The position numbers and the translations under genes were made by a program. From Dehalococcoidia bacterium (lineage in GTDB: Bacteria; Chloroflexota; Dehalococcoidia; Bin125): a stretch of 64,000 nucleotides of DNA. The stretch covers positions 1,104 through 65,103 of the forward strand of contig DAOUKQ010000110.1 in NCBI GenBank assembly GCA_034421135.1, given 5' to 3'. The notes beneath the pieces were generated by a model. That model ran no database searches. It was not told the DNA's origin and was given only the letters and a program-made list of their open reading frames with translations. Below, piece by piece: positions 36,914 to 45,487 of this stretch (the first letter of the stretch is position 1; each line of letters starts with the position of its first letter).

Positions 36914-37648
36914 GTTGGGTCCTTCCCAGGGATTGCATTCCAAACGCCGCGCGCTCCCGCGCAGCCATGGATCATGTTAGGCGAGCGCAGATAAGCGAAC
37001 AACATGCCATGCGCATCGATCCGCCTGTTCCCGAGACTTCCCGCTGGATGCCGCTCCCAGAACCGACATCCAGCGATTCACTCGCTGGTCTCCCAAAGAC
37101 CGGTGACCGGCGGTTGGACCGGCCTCAGGTCTGCGCAGGCGGTCGCGAGATGTCCACCGGTTTGGTTAACTCGCTGTTATTCGTGTGGCGTTTGGCTAAG
37201 AGACTCGATACCCTTAGACGCACAACTGAATATTCGGGCCGAATCTCCGTGAAGTGTGATCACCGACCGGAGAGCGGGGGACCCACCAACTTGGGGTGAA
37301 TGCGATTCACCCGCTCGTCGCCTAACAGGTGAGCATCGGAATCGCACGGCGCGCTCCCTTGCGCCGAACCCGTCAGCTAACCCCGTAGGCGACCGAGGGA
37401 GACGGCGCAGCGGTTCACGAACCGCTGCGCAGGCAAGAACCCGTGCTTTGCGCATGGCTCCATCGGTCCGCCATGCTGTTCCACCACCGGAGCGGCAATC
37501 GGCCACCGACATGAGAGTCACGCCGGGAGCGACCGCCCGGCGCACTCAGGGGCACGGGTTTCTCGCTCACCCGTCCCCGCCTCCTGGCCGACCCCCGGAC
37601 ATTGCGTCCGGGGGTTCGGTTTATCTGCGCGCTCCACGCAGCGCCCGC

Positions 37649-38464
37649 TCAGCGACCGATGAAGTTCGGCGGGCGCTTCTCGAGAAACGCGCGAGCCGCT
37701 TCCTTGTTGTCCTCGCCGCTGAAGGACAACATCACGTGCGCGCCCTCCTGGTACAGCGAGTCGCTGAGGCTGGAGGTTGCGGCGTAGTTGAGCGTCCATT
37801 TCATCATCGAGAGCACCGCGGTTGGACCTTGCGCCAGTTCGCGGCAGAAGTCCAGGCCCTCCGACATCAGCTCGTCGTGCGGGACGACCTTGTTGACGAT
37901 GCCGAGCGCTTCAGCCTCATCGGCGTTGAGCCGCCGATCAAGCATCAACAGCTCACGGGCGCGGGTATTCCCGACCATGTGGGTCAGGAACCAGGCGACG
38001 CCATAGTCGCCCGAGACGCCGATGTTGCGGAACGCGGTGACGAACCGCGCGCGATCGGAGGCGATTCGGAAGTCGGTCGCTAGACACAATCCCAGTCCGC
38101 CGCCAGCGGCCGGTCCATTGACCAGCGACACCGTCGGCGTGCCCATCTCGCGCAGCATCCCCGAGGTCTGCTGCTGGCTGCGATGACTGCGCCGGTTGAC
38201 GACACCCGGTCCGGGCGGAGGCGCATCGGAGCGGCGGCCCATGTTGTTGATGTCGGCGCCCGCGCTGAATCCGCGGCCCGCTCCGGTCAGGGCGACGCAG
38301 CGGACTTCGGGATCGTCTTCGCAGTCGACCAGCGCCTCCGACAGGCGCTGCAGCAGGTCGTCGCCGAAGGCGTTCATGCGCTCCGGCCGGTTGAGCGTGA
38401 TCAGGGCGACGCCGTCGTCGCGCTTGTCCAGGATGACCGTCGGGTCGCCGTTCGTGTCAGGCAT
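37649..38464 (-). CDS. enoyl-CoA hydratase/isomerase (crotonase) family protein
   Basis: 271 aa with …VALTGAGRGFSAGADI…. Confidence 0.85.
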   Translation of the reverse strand: MPDTNGDPTVILDKRDDGVALITLNRPERMNAFGDDLLQRLSEALVDCEDDPEVRCVALTGAGRGFSAGADINNMGRRSDAPPPGPGVVNRRSHRSQQQTSGMLREMGTPTVSLVNGPAAGGGLGLCLATDFRIASDRARFVTAFRNIGVSGDYGVAWFLTHMVGNTRARELLMLDRRLNADEAEALGIVNKVVPHDELMSEGLDFCRELAQGPTAVLSMMKWTLNYAATSSLSDSLYQEGAHVMLSFSGEDNKEAARAFLEKRPPNFIGR

Positions 38465-38535
38465 GTATCAGGCCTCTCATTGAGCATTGAAGTCGTCCAC
38501 TCAATGCTAAGGCTAGACCTACCTACACTGACCTC

Positions 38536-39240
38536 ATGTGCGCCCGATTCACACTCACACAAGAGAAGCAAGAATTGGTGGAGGCCTGGCGGCAGCTCGG
38601 CATCGAGGTCACCTTCGACTTCTTCTCTCACAACCCACGATTCAACGTCGCTCCGACGCAGGTTCACCCCATCATCCTCGCCGACCGCGAGGCGTTCGCC
38701 GTCCAGCCGGCCAGATGGGGCCTGGTCAACTCGTGGGCCAGGGGTGCCAAACGCGCCTCACGGCAGATCAACGCGCGTTCCGAGACCGTTGCGGAATCCC
38801 GCGCCTACGCCCGCCCGTTCAGGCGCCAACGCTGCCTCGTCCCGGCAGATGGCTGGTACGAGTGGACCGGGCCGAAGAAGCAGCGTCAGCCGCACTGGAT
38901 CCACCGCGCCGATCGCGAGCCGTTCGCCTTCGCGGGCCTCTACGACATCTGGTATCCCAAGCCCGAGGATCCGGCGGTCACGTTCACGATCCTGACCATG
39001 GATTCGACGGAAGCGCTGGCCAGCATCTACCCGCGAATGCCGGTCGTATTGCCGCCTGATCGGCAAGAGGCATGGCTTGACTCCGGTAACGAAGACAAGG
39101 ACTCGGTGCTGGCCTTGCTCGACCTCCCTCCCGACGACGCCTTCATCGCCGAATCGGTTTCCAGCCGCGTCAACTCCGTCAAGCACGACGACCCTGGCCT
39201 GCTCGAGACCGAAGAGCAGCCTTCCCTCGATCTTGTTTAG
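38536..39240 (+). CDS. SOS-response-associated peptidase (SRAP/YedK, abasic-site processing protein)
   Basis: Starts MCARF… The N-terminal catalytic Cys2 is the SRAP hallmark. 234 aa. Confidence 0.85.
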   Translation: MCARFTLTQEKQELVEAWRQLGIEVTFDFFSHNPRFNVAPTQVHPIILADREAFAVQPARWGLVNSWARGAKRASRQINARSETVAESRAYARPFRRQRCLVPADGWYEWTGPKKQRQPHWIHRADREPFAFAGLYDIWYPKPEDPAVTFTILTMDSTEALASIYPRMPVVLPPDRQEAWLDSGNEDKDSVLALLDLPPDDAFIAESVSSRVNSVKHDDPGLLETEEQPSLDLV

Positions 39241-39255
39241 CGCAAAGGACACAGC

Positions 39256-39783
39256 ATGTTCACCGACATTGACGGCTTCCTCCGCTACTTCCGCTCGGTC
39301 AACCGTCGAGCGGTGCGTGATGTCACCGCATTGCCGCCACAGGCAGACGGCTGGACGCCGGAGGGAGGCGAAGGCGAGAATGCGTGGTCGATCAACAAGC
39401 TGATCGGCCACATGTGCGGTTCGCGCCTGTACTTCGCCAGCGCCTATCGACGGGAGGGCTGGATCTCGCCCGAGCCGCCGGATGTCTCGCGGCCTGAACT
39501 CTGGGCTCCGGCTCTTGACGCCAGCTTCGAGGAGTTTAGCCGCCTCATATCAGAGGTTGGCCCCGACGGATTGTCGCGGCAGATCGAGATGATCGACACG
39601 CCCGGAGCCACCCTGAGCGGCTGGCGCGTGCTGCTGATGATGATGGAGCACGACATCCACCACCGCTCACAGATCGATACGTACGCCGGCCTCAACGGCT
39701 GGGATCCGCCCGACATCTACCTCCGCTCGGCCGAAACGATTGAAACCAGGCAGGACGAGCAGATTGCGAAGTACCGCTCATGA
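39256..39783 (+). CDS. DinB-family protein
   Basis: 175 aa with a four-helix-bundle-like His pattern (…IGHM…, …MEHDIHHRSQ…). Confidence 0.8.
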   Translation: MFTDIDGFLRYFRSVNRRAVRDVTALPPQADGWTPEGGEGENAWSINKLIGHMCGSRLYFASAYRREGWISPEPPDVSRPELWAPALDASFEEFSRLISEVGPDGLSRQIEMIDTPGATLSGWRVLLMMMEHDIHHRSQIDTYAGLNGWDPPDIYLRSAETIETRQDEQIAKYRS

Positions 39784-40751
39784 GCGGCGGTGAGAACGCG
39801 CCGACGCTCGATGAAGTGCGCCGGGCGCGTGAGATTATCGGGCGCACGCTGTCCTTGCCGACGCCGTTGGTCCACAGCCCCGGACTGTCCGAGCGCTGGG
39901 ACGCGCATGTCTCGCTCAAGCTGGAGTGCGTGACGCCGACCTCGGCCTTCAAAGTGCGCGGCGGGGTGTATCTGGCCTCGCAACTCACCGAGGACGAACG
40001 CAAGCGCGGCCTCGTCACGTCCTCGACCGGCAACCACGCGCAGTCGATCGCCTTCGGCGCAGCCTCGATTGGGGTGGCGGCCACGATCTTCATGCCGGCC
40101 GACGCGAATTCCGACAAGGTCGCGGCGACCAGGCGTCTGGGCGGCCGGGTGGAACTGGTCGGCGAGCGCTTCGACGACGCGCGGCGGCTGGCGGAGGAAT
40201 TCGCTGCCGAACGCGGGGCCCGATACGTCGAACCGATCGAACCTCGGCTGATTGCGGGCGTCGGTACGGCCGCGTTGGAGGTACTAGAAGAACAGCAGCC
40301 CGAGACTGACCTGGTGCTGCTCCCATTGGGCGGCGGCAGCGGGTCGTGTGGATGGGTCGCAGTGCGCGATGGGCTTGACCACACTGCGGAAGTCTGGGCA
40401 GCCCAATCCGCGCAGTCGCCCGCGGCGCACGACGCCTGGCGATCTGGCCGGCTCGAGGATCGGCCCAACCGCAGCCTCGCCGAGGGCGTCGCCACCGGGA
40501 CGCCGTTCGAATTGGCAATGGAGCTGCTGCGCGGCCGGCTGAACGACTTCATCCTCGTCGACGACGCGCGGATTCTGGACGCGATCCGGCTCCTCTGGGA
40601 CATCCAGCACGTGATGGCCGAGCCGGCCGGCGCAGTGGCGGTCGCAGCGGCCGAGCAGGAGCGAGAACGGATCGCCGACAAGCGGGTCGTGATCGTGATC
40701 AGTGGCGCCAACGCGACCCGCAGCCAACTGCTCGATTGGTTGAAGGACTAG
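39780..40751 (+). CDS. PLP-dependent threonine/serine dehydratase
   Basis: …PTSAFKVRGG… is the PLP-lysine motif. 323 aa, with GGGS and SGAN motifs. Confidence 0.85.
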   Translation: MSGGENAPTLDEVRRAREIIGRTLSLPTPLVHSPGLSERWDAHVSLKLECVTPTSAFKVRGGVYLASQLTEDERKRGLVTSSTGNHAQSIAFGAASIGVAATIFMPADANSDKVAATRRLGGRVELVGERFDDARRLAEEFAAERGARYVEPIEPRLIAGVGTAALEVLEEQQPETDLVLLPLGGGSGSCGWVAVRDGLDHTAEVWAAQSAQSPAAHDAWRSGRLEDRPNRSLAEGVATGTPFELAMELLRGRLNDFILVDDARILDAIRLLWDIQHVMAEPAGAVAVAAAEQERERIADKRVVIVISGANATRSQLLDWLKD

Positions 40752-41038
40752 CCGGCGACCTCGTTGATCTGTCCGGCGAGGACAAAGTCGAAGTCGGTCA
40801 CACCGCCGGCATCGTGGGTGTTGAGGGCGATTTCGACGGTGTTGTAGACGTTTGACCAGTTGGGATGATGGTCGAGCTTCTCGGCGAGTAACGCGACCGA
40901 GGACATGAAGCCGAAGGCTGCGACGAAGTTGTCGAACTGGAAGGTCCGGGCGAGCGATCCGTCGTCGAATGACCAACCGGGAATCTCGGACAGGCGACCG
41001 CTAATCTCGGAGTCATCCAGCTTGCGTCGATCCGGCAT
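40748..41038 (-). CDS. 4a-hydroxytetrahydrobiopterin dehydratase (pterin-4a-carbinolamine dehydratase)
   Basis: 96 aa. …LDHHPNWSNVYNTVEIALNTHDAGGVT… matches the PCD signature. Confidence 0.85.
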   Translation of the reverse strand: MPDRRKLDDSEISGRLSEIPGWSFDDGSLARTFQFDNFVAAFGFMSSVALLAEKLDHHPNWSNVYNTVEIALNTHDAGGVTDFDFVLAGQINEVAG

Positions 41039-41095
41039 GTCAACCTCCCCTTGGCTCTGTTTGGCTCAGCTACGTGAAGCGAGTATAGGAACCAG

Positions 41096-41524
41096 ATGGC
41101 CACGCTCGACGAGGTTCGCGAAACACTCGAAGCCGCGCGACACGGCTACCTTTCGACGGCATCGGCTGACGGCGATCCCCACCTACAGCCGGTCGTCTTC
41201 CAGCTCCTCGGCGAGGCAATCTACATAGCCATCGACGAAAAGCCCAAAACCACGCTGCGCCTGCGCCGGCTGACGAACGTCGAGGAGAATCCGCGCTTCG
41301 CGCTGCTGGTCGATCGCTACGACGACGACTGGAACCAACTCTGGTGGGTCCTGCTCCGGGGTCCGGCCGAGGTGCTGTGGCCGAGCCGATGGGATGCTGA
41401 TCACGCCGCCCGGGTCATCGCCGCACTGCGCGCCAAGTACCCGCAGTACGAATCGATGGGGCTTGAGGATCGTCCGTTGCTCCGGCTCAGGCCAGAGCAG
41501 GTCACCCGCTGGTCGGCGTCATGA
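41096..41524 (+). CDS. PPOX-class (pyridoxamine 5'-phosphate oxidase-like) probable F420-dependent protein
   Basis: 142 aa with split-barrel pattern …GYLSTASADGDPHLQPVVF…. Confidence 0.75.
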   Translation: MATLDEVRETLEAARHGYLSTASADGDPHLQPVVFQLLGEAIYIAIDEKPKTTLRLRRLTNVEENPRFALLVDRYDDDWNQLWWVLLRGPAEVLWPSRWDADHAARVIAALRAKYPQYESMGLEDRPLLRLRPEQVTRWSAS

Positions 41525-41809
41525 CTGCTCAAGCCCTTCGTAGACATCCTCACGGCTGCGGCGGCGAATACGGACGATTTCGATTTCTCGACTGACCTCG
41601 TCGACTCTGAAGACCATCCGCCAATCGCTGATTGGGAGTCGAACTCGCCAAACGTCGTCACGGTCCGGCAGGGTGAGTTGCCGCGACTCGGGCATATGCG
41701 GCCCGTCGGCAAGCATTCTCGCGTATGTGTTGGCGACCTTTCGCGGTTCGGGCGCCAATCGAGATCGTTCTCGCTCAGCCTCGTCGCTGTAACGGACTTG
41801 GTACCGCAA
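41519..41809 (-). CDS. type II toxin, ParE/RelE family
   Basis: …RQLTLPDRDDVWRVRLPISDWRMVFRVDEVSREIEIVRIRRRSREDVY matches the ParE/RelE consensus. Proposed TTG start 4 nt after the upstream ORF stop. With the ORF-track upstream start the two ORFs would instead overlap by about 29 nt. Confidence 0.7.
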   Translation of the reverse strand: MRYQVRYSDEAERERSRLAPEPRKVANTYARMLADGPHMPESRQLTLPDRDDVWRVRLPISDWRMVFRVDEVSREIEIVRIRRRSREDVYEGLEQS

Positions 41810-41813
41810 CCGT

Positions 41814-42236
41814 CTAGTGGTCGCGCGCCAACGGCGGGACAAAGAGAAAGAGCGCCTCGGGAAACGTGCTCCGTATACGTCCCATGAACGCCTGACCTTC
41901 GACCGTCGGCAACTTGCGGTCCATCCGCATATCCACGTGCTCCGGAAACTCTGTTGCCAAGCGGACGAAGAACTCGTGGTCAGGATCGTCGGGATCGTCT
42001 ACAGGATCGATGAAGTCGACGAATGTGATCTCACCGCGGGCGAGTTTCGCCTCGTACTCCAGGAAATCGGCGATGTCTTCGGCGTCTTCCTCGGGGGTGA
42101 AATCGGGGCCGGAGTTGTTGGCCTCAGTGATGAACCGGGACCAATCCTCATCGCTGCCCTCGAGCGCACGATCGAGTGCGTCCATCCACTCGGCCTGGAC
42201 TTCTTCGAGCGTGAGATTGTGCTCCTGTAAGACCAT
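41814..42236 (-). CDS. acidic hypothetical protein, putative cognate antitoxin (atypical, 140 aa)
   Basis: Immediately upstream of the ParE-like gene. It is highly acidic, with no RHH/HTH recognisable by eye. The antitoxin role is inferred from position only. Confidence 0.4.
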   Translation of the reverse strand: MVLQEHNLTLEEVQAEWMDALDRALEGSDEDWSRFITEANNSGPDFTPEEDAEDIADFLEYEAKLARGEITFVDFIDPVDDPDDPDHEFFVRLATEFPEHVDMRMDRKLPTVEGQAFMGRIRSTFPEALFLFVPPLARDH

Positions 42237-42284
42237 GGCACCACTCCGTGGCTGGGTATGACAGCTTGATGATACGCCGATACG

Positions 42285-43088
42285 TCAGAGCTGACTCCAG
42301 TCGCGGCCGGTGAGATTGTCGTAGCGGGCATCGGGACCGGTCCAGCCGCCGTCGACGACGAGCTGCTGACCGGTGATGTAGTCGCTCGCGTCGGAGGCGA
42401 GGAACAGCGCGGCATTGGCGATGTCGGCGGCCTCGCCCGAACGTCCGAGCGGGTGCAGATTGGCCCAGTCTTGCCGAGTTTGCTCGATCCGCTCTTCGGA
42501 CAGCCAGCCCTGTCCCGTGGCGATGCCGCCGGGGCAGATGCAGTTGACGCGGATGCCGGCTGACGCCCACTCTCCGGCGGCGGCGCGGACCATGGCGATG
42601 ACGGCGCCCTTGGAGGCGCAGTAGGCGGCCATGCCAGCCAGACCGGTCAGCCCCGCGACCGATGCCGTGGCGATGATCGAGCCGCCGCCCGCGCGTTCGA
42701 GATGAGGGATGCCGTACTTCATGCCCAGCCAGACGCCGCGGATGTTGACGTCGTAGACGAGGTCGAATGTCTTCTCGGGGCAGTCGCGCACGTTGCCCTC
42801 GGGCGGGCCCACGCCGGCGTTGTTGTAGATGACGTCGATCCGCCCCCAGGCCTCGTCGGCGGCGGCGAACATGGCCTGTACGTCCTCGCCGTTGCGCACG
42901 TCGGTCTCGATGAAGCGTGCGCCGATCTCCGACGCCACCTCAGGCCCGCGCTCAGCGTTGCGATCGGCGATCAGCAGGTTCGCCCCCTCGGAGGCGAACA
43001 GGCGCGCCGTTGCCTCGCCGATGCCCGACGCTCCGCCGGTGATCACGGCAACCTTGCCGGCCAGCCGTCCTTCGGATTGGGTAGTCAT
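42285..43088 (-). CDS. SDR family oxidoreductase (FabG-like)
   Basis: …GKVAVITGGASGIG… It is one of three tandem paralogues. Confidence 0.85.
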   Translation of the reverse strand: MTTQSEGRLAGKVAVITGGASGIGEATARLFASEGANLLIADRNAERGPEVASEIGARFIETDVRNGEDVQAMFAAADEAWGRIDVIYNNAGVGPPEGNVRDCPEKTFDLVYDVNIRGVWLGMKYGIPHLERAGGGSIIATASVAGLTGLAGMAAYCASKGAVIAMVRAAAGEWASAGIRVNCICPGGIATGQGWLSEERIEQTRQDWANLHPLGRSGEAADIANAALFLASDASDYITGQQLVVDGGWTGPDARYDNLTGRDWSQL

Positions 43089-43909
43089 GCCGTCGCTCCT
43101 GCCTGGTTGTAGGCGGTGGGGCTGAAGTCGTACCAGCGCCGATCGACGGTCGTCCAGCCGCCGTCGACGACAATGGCCTGCCCCGTCATGAAGCTGGATT
43201 CGTCGGACGCGAGGAACAGCGCCGCCTCGGCGATATCGATGCCCTCTCCCGAGCGCGCCAGCGGCGTGCTGACACTCGCACGTTCGCGCCAGAACGCGTC
43301 ACGAGCGGGATCGGGTGGACCCTGCGAGTCGTCGCCGATTCGAGTGGTGATCGGTCCCGGGCAGATGCAGTTGATGCGAATGCCCTTGGCCGCCCACTCC
43401 CCGGCTGCGGCGCGGGTCAGCGCGATCACGCCGCCCTTCGATCCGCAGTAGCCGACGATGCCCGACAGCCCGCTCAATCCCGCCACCGAGGCGGTAGAGA
43501 TGATCGAACCGCCGCCGGCGCGTTCCAGATGGGGGATGCCGTACTTCATGCCCAGCCAGACACCGCGCAGGTTGGTGGCCATGATGCGGTCGAAGAGATC
43601 CTCGGGGCAGTCGCGCGCGTTGCCCTCGGGCCCGCCGATGCCGGCGTTGTTGTAGATGATGTCCACTCCGCCGAATTGCTCTGCGGCGGCGGCGAACATC
43701 GACTGCACGTCCTCGCCGCTGGAGACATCCGCCGTGAAGGCCGCGGCCGATGTGCCGATCTCGCCTGCGGCCTCTTCGGCCCGCTCCGTCCAGCGGTCGA
43801 CGACGAGCACACGCGCGCCCTCCTCGGCGAAGCGGGCGGCCGTGGCGCGGCCCATGCCCGATCCGGCGCCGGTGATCACGGCGACTTTACCCTCAAGTCG
43901 ATTGCCCAT
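43085..43909 (-). CDS. SDR family oxidoreductase (FabG-like)
   Basis: Trimmed to MGNRLEGKVAVITGAGSGMG…. Paralogue. Confidence 0.85.
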   Translation of the reverse strand: MGNRLEGKVAVITGAGSGMGRATAARFAEEGARVLVVDRWTERAEEAAGEIGTSAAAFTADVSSGEDVQSMFAAAAEQFGGVDIIYNNAGIGGPEGNARDCPEDLFDRIMATNLRGVWLGMKYGIPHLERAGGGSIISTASVAGLSGLSGIVGYCGSKGGVIALTRAAAGEWAAKGIRINCICPGPITTRIGDDSQGPPDPARDAFWRERASVSTPLARSGEGIDIAEAALFLASDESSFMTGQAIVVDGGWTTVDRRWYDFSPTAYNQAGATA

Positions 43910-43926
43910 GTCGTCCTCCATGCGGC

Positions 43927-44730
43927 TCAGAATTCTTGCCCGACGAGCTCGTTGTAGCGGCGGTCGATTGCGGTCCATCCCCCGTCGACGACCATGGCCT
44001 GGCCGGTGACCAGGCTCGATTCGTCGGAGGCAAGGTAAAGCGCCATATTGGCGATGTCGCGGCCCTCACCGCCGCGTCCGAGCGGGTGGGCGACGGCGCC
44101 ACGTTCTCTCCGGCGTTCAAGGTTGGCCGGGTCCTGTTGGCCCTCCGAGTCGTCGCCGATCCGGGTGGCGATGGCGCCTGGGCAGATGCAGTTGATGCGA
44201 ATGCCTTTCGACGCCCACTCGCCGGCGGCCGCACGGGTTAGCGCAATCACGCCGCCCTTGGACGCGCAGTAGGCCCCGATGCCCGACAATCCCGTGATGC
44301 CGGCGATTGAGGCGGTCGAAATGATCGATCCGCCGCCTGCGCGTTCGAGGTGGGGGATGCCGTACTTCATGCCCAGCCAGACGCCGCGCAGGTTGATTGC
44401 GATGACCTCGTCGAAGACCGACTCTGGGCAGTCGCGGACGTTGTCTTCGCGGACGCCGATGCCGGCGTTGTTGTAGATGACGTTGACACCGCCGAAGGCG
44501 TCGACGGCGGCCTGGTACATCGCCTGCACGTCCTCGCCCTGGGAGACGTCGCCGGTGAAGGCGACTGCCGCTTCGCCGATCGACGCAGCCGCATCCTCGG
44601 CGCGTTCGGCCCAGCGGTCCATCACGAGCACGCGCGCGCCCTCCTCGGCGAAGAGCTCCGCGGTGGCCCGGCCCATGCCCGACCCCGCGCCGGTGATTAC
44701 CGCAACTTTGCCGTCCAAGCGTCCAGCCAT
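43927..44730 (-). CDS. SDR family oxidoreductase (FabG-like)
   Basis: Trimmed to MAGRLDGKVAVITGAGSGMG…. Paralogue. Confidence 0.85.
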   Translation of the reverse strand: MAGRLDGKVAVITGAGSGMGRATAELFAEEGARVLVMDRWAERAEDAAASIGEAAVAFTGDVSQGEDVQAMYQAAVDAFGGVNVIYNNAGIGVREDNVRDCPESVFDEVIAINLRGVWLGMKYGIPHLERAGGGSIISTASIAGITGLSGIGAYCASKGGVIALTRAAAGEWASKGIRINCICPGAIATRIGDDSEGQQDPANLERRRERGAVAHPLGRGGEGRDIANMALYLASDESSLVTGQAMVVDGGWTAIDRRYNELVGQEF

Positions 44731-44830
44731 GAAATCGTTCCTCTCACGATTGTCAAACACTCGCGCGAAGAGGCTAACGAATACGCGCAACCTCGGTCAG
44801 CGGTTTAGAATCGACAGAGGAGATTCGCTT

Positions 44831-45049
44831 ATGAGCAGCAGCATCAGCCCTAACGGAGCCGACGCAGATCGGTCAACCGATCGGCCAGGCTGGTACGTGC
44901 CGCTCAAGCCGATTCCCCCCGATGCGCCAACAGCGGAAGAGGCGCTGTTGAGCTTAAGGGTCGTCACTGACCTCGAAGAACTAGGGGAGGCCGCAGAGGA
45001 TATTGACCACTATCTGGAACAGTTCTTGTCCGGGCCAGGTTCAGAATGA
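44831..45049 (+). CDS. putative antitoxin partner of PIN toxin
   Basis: 72 aa with a GAGGAG RBS. Its stop overlaps the PIN start (ATGA). Its C-terminal …DIDHYLEQFL… is shared with the partner at 48082..48354. Confidence 0.5.
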   Translation: MSSSISPNGADADRSTDRPGWYVPLKPIPPDAPTAEEALLSLRVVTDLEELGEAAEDIDHYLEQFLSGPGSE

Positions 45050-45483
45050 ACCCGTTGCCGCCAGTGTTCGTCGATAGCGTCTATCTGATCGCGCTGCATT
45101 CCACGAAGGACAATTGGCATCGAGTCTCCGAGCAAGCGGCCCGAGACATCCCACCACGGCAACCACTGGTGACCACATGGGGTGTGTTTGCTGAGACGCT
45201 CGCGCACTTCTCTCGCGCGAGTCGAACAGGCCGGATCCAGATCGTCCGGCGGCTGCGAGCACTGGAGTTTCAGCCCAACTACACGGTGATTCCTGAGAGC
45301 GTTGAACTGCTCAGCTCAGCCTCCGATTTGTACGCCGGAGAGTTCGCCCACTCGACGTTCTCGCTGCAGGACTGCGTGGCGATCCAGATCATGCGCGAAT
45401 ACGAGATCGAGTCGATCCTGACCGCCGATCAGGAGTTTTCGCGGGCGGGATTCACGCCGTTGCTGCGTGGCTACATCGACTAA
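45046..45483 (+). CDS. PIN-domain protein (VapC-like toxin)
   Basis: …VFVDSVYLIAL…LQDCVAIQIMREYEIESILTADQEF… It is a paralogue of 48351..48782. Confidence 0.75.
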   Translation: MNPLPPVFVDSVYLIALHSTKDNWHRVSEQAARDIPPRQPLVTTWGVFAETLAHFSRASRTGRIQIVRRLRALEFQPNYTVIPESVELLSSASDLYAGEFAHSTFSLQDCVAIQIMREYEIESILTADQEFSRAGFTPLLRGYID

Positions 45484-45487
45484 GCGA

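Noticed and set aside
36914-37648. RNase P RNA or tmRNA in the long hairpin-rich gap
   Set aside because: I could not find the RNase P P4 motif (AGGAAAGUCCGGGCUCC / ACAGAAnCCGGCUUA) or the tmRNA T-arm (GGUUCGANUCC) and an ALAA tag reading frame on either strand. I kept it only as an unclassified candidate structured region.
41519-41842. ORF-track start (TTG at 41842) for the ParE-like toxin, giving a 29-nt overlap with the upstream ORF
   Set aside because: The ParE consensus begins near RYQVRYSDEAE…. The in-frame TTG at 41809 gives a 4-nt spacer after the upstream stop and a typical 96-aa toxin. The longer version adds an Arg-rich non-conserved extension.
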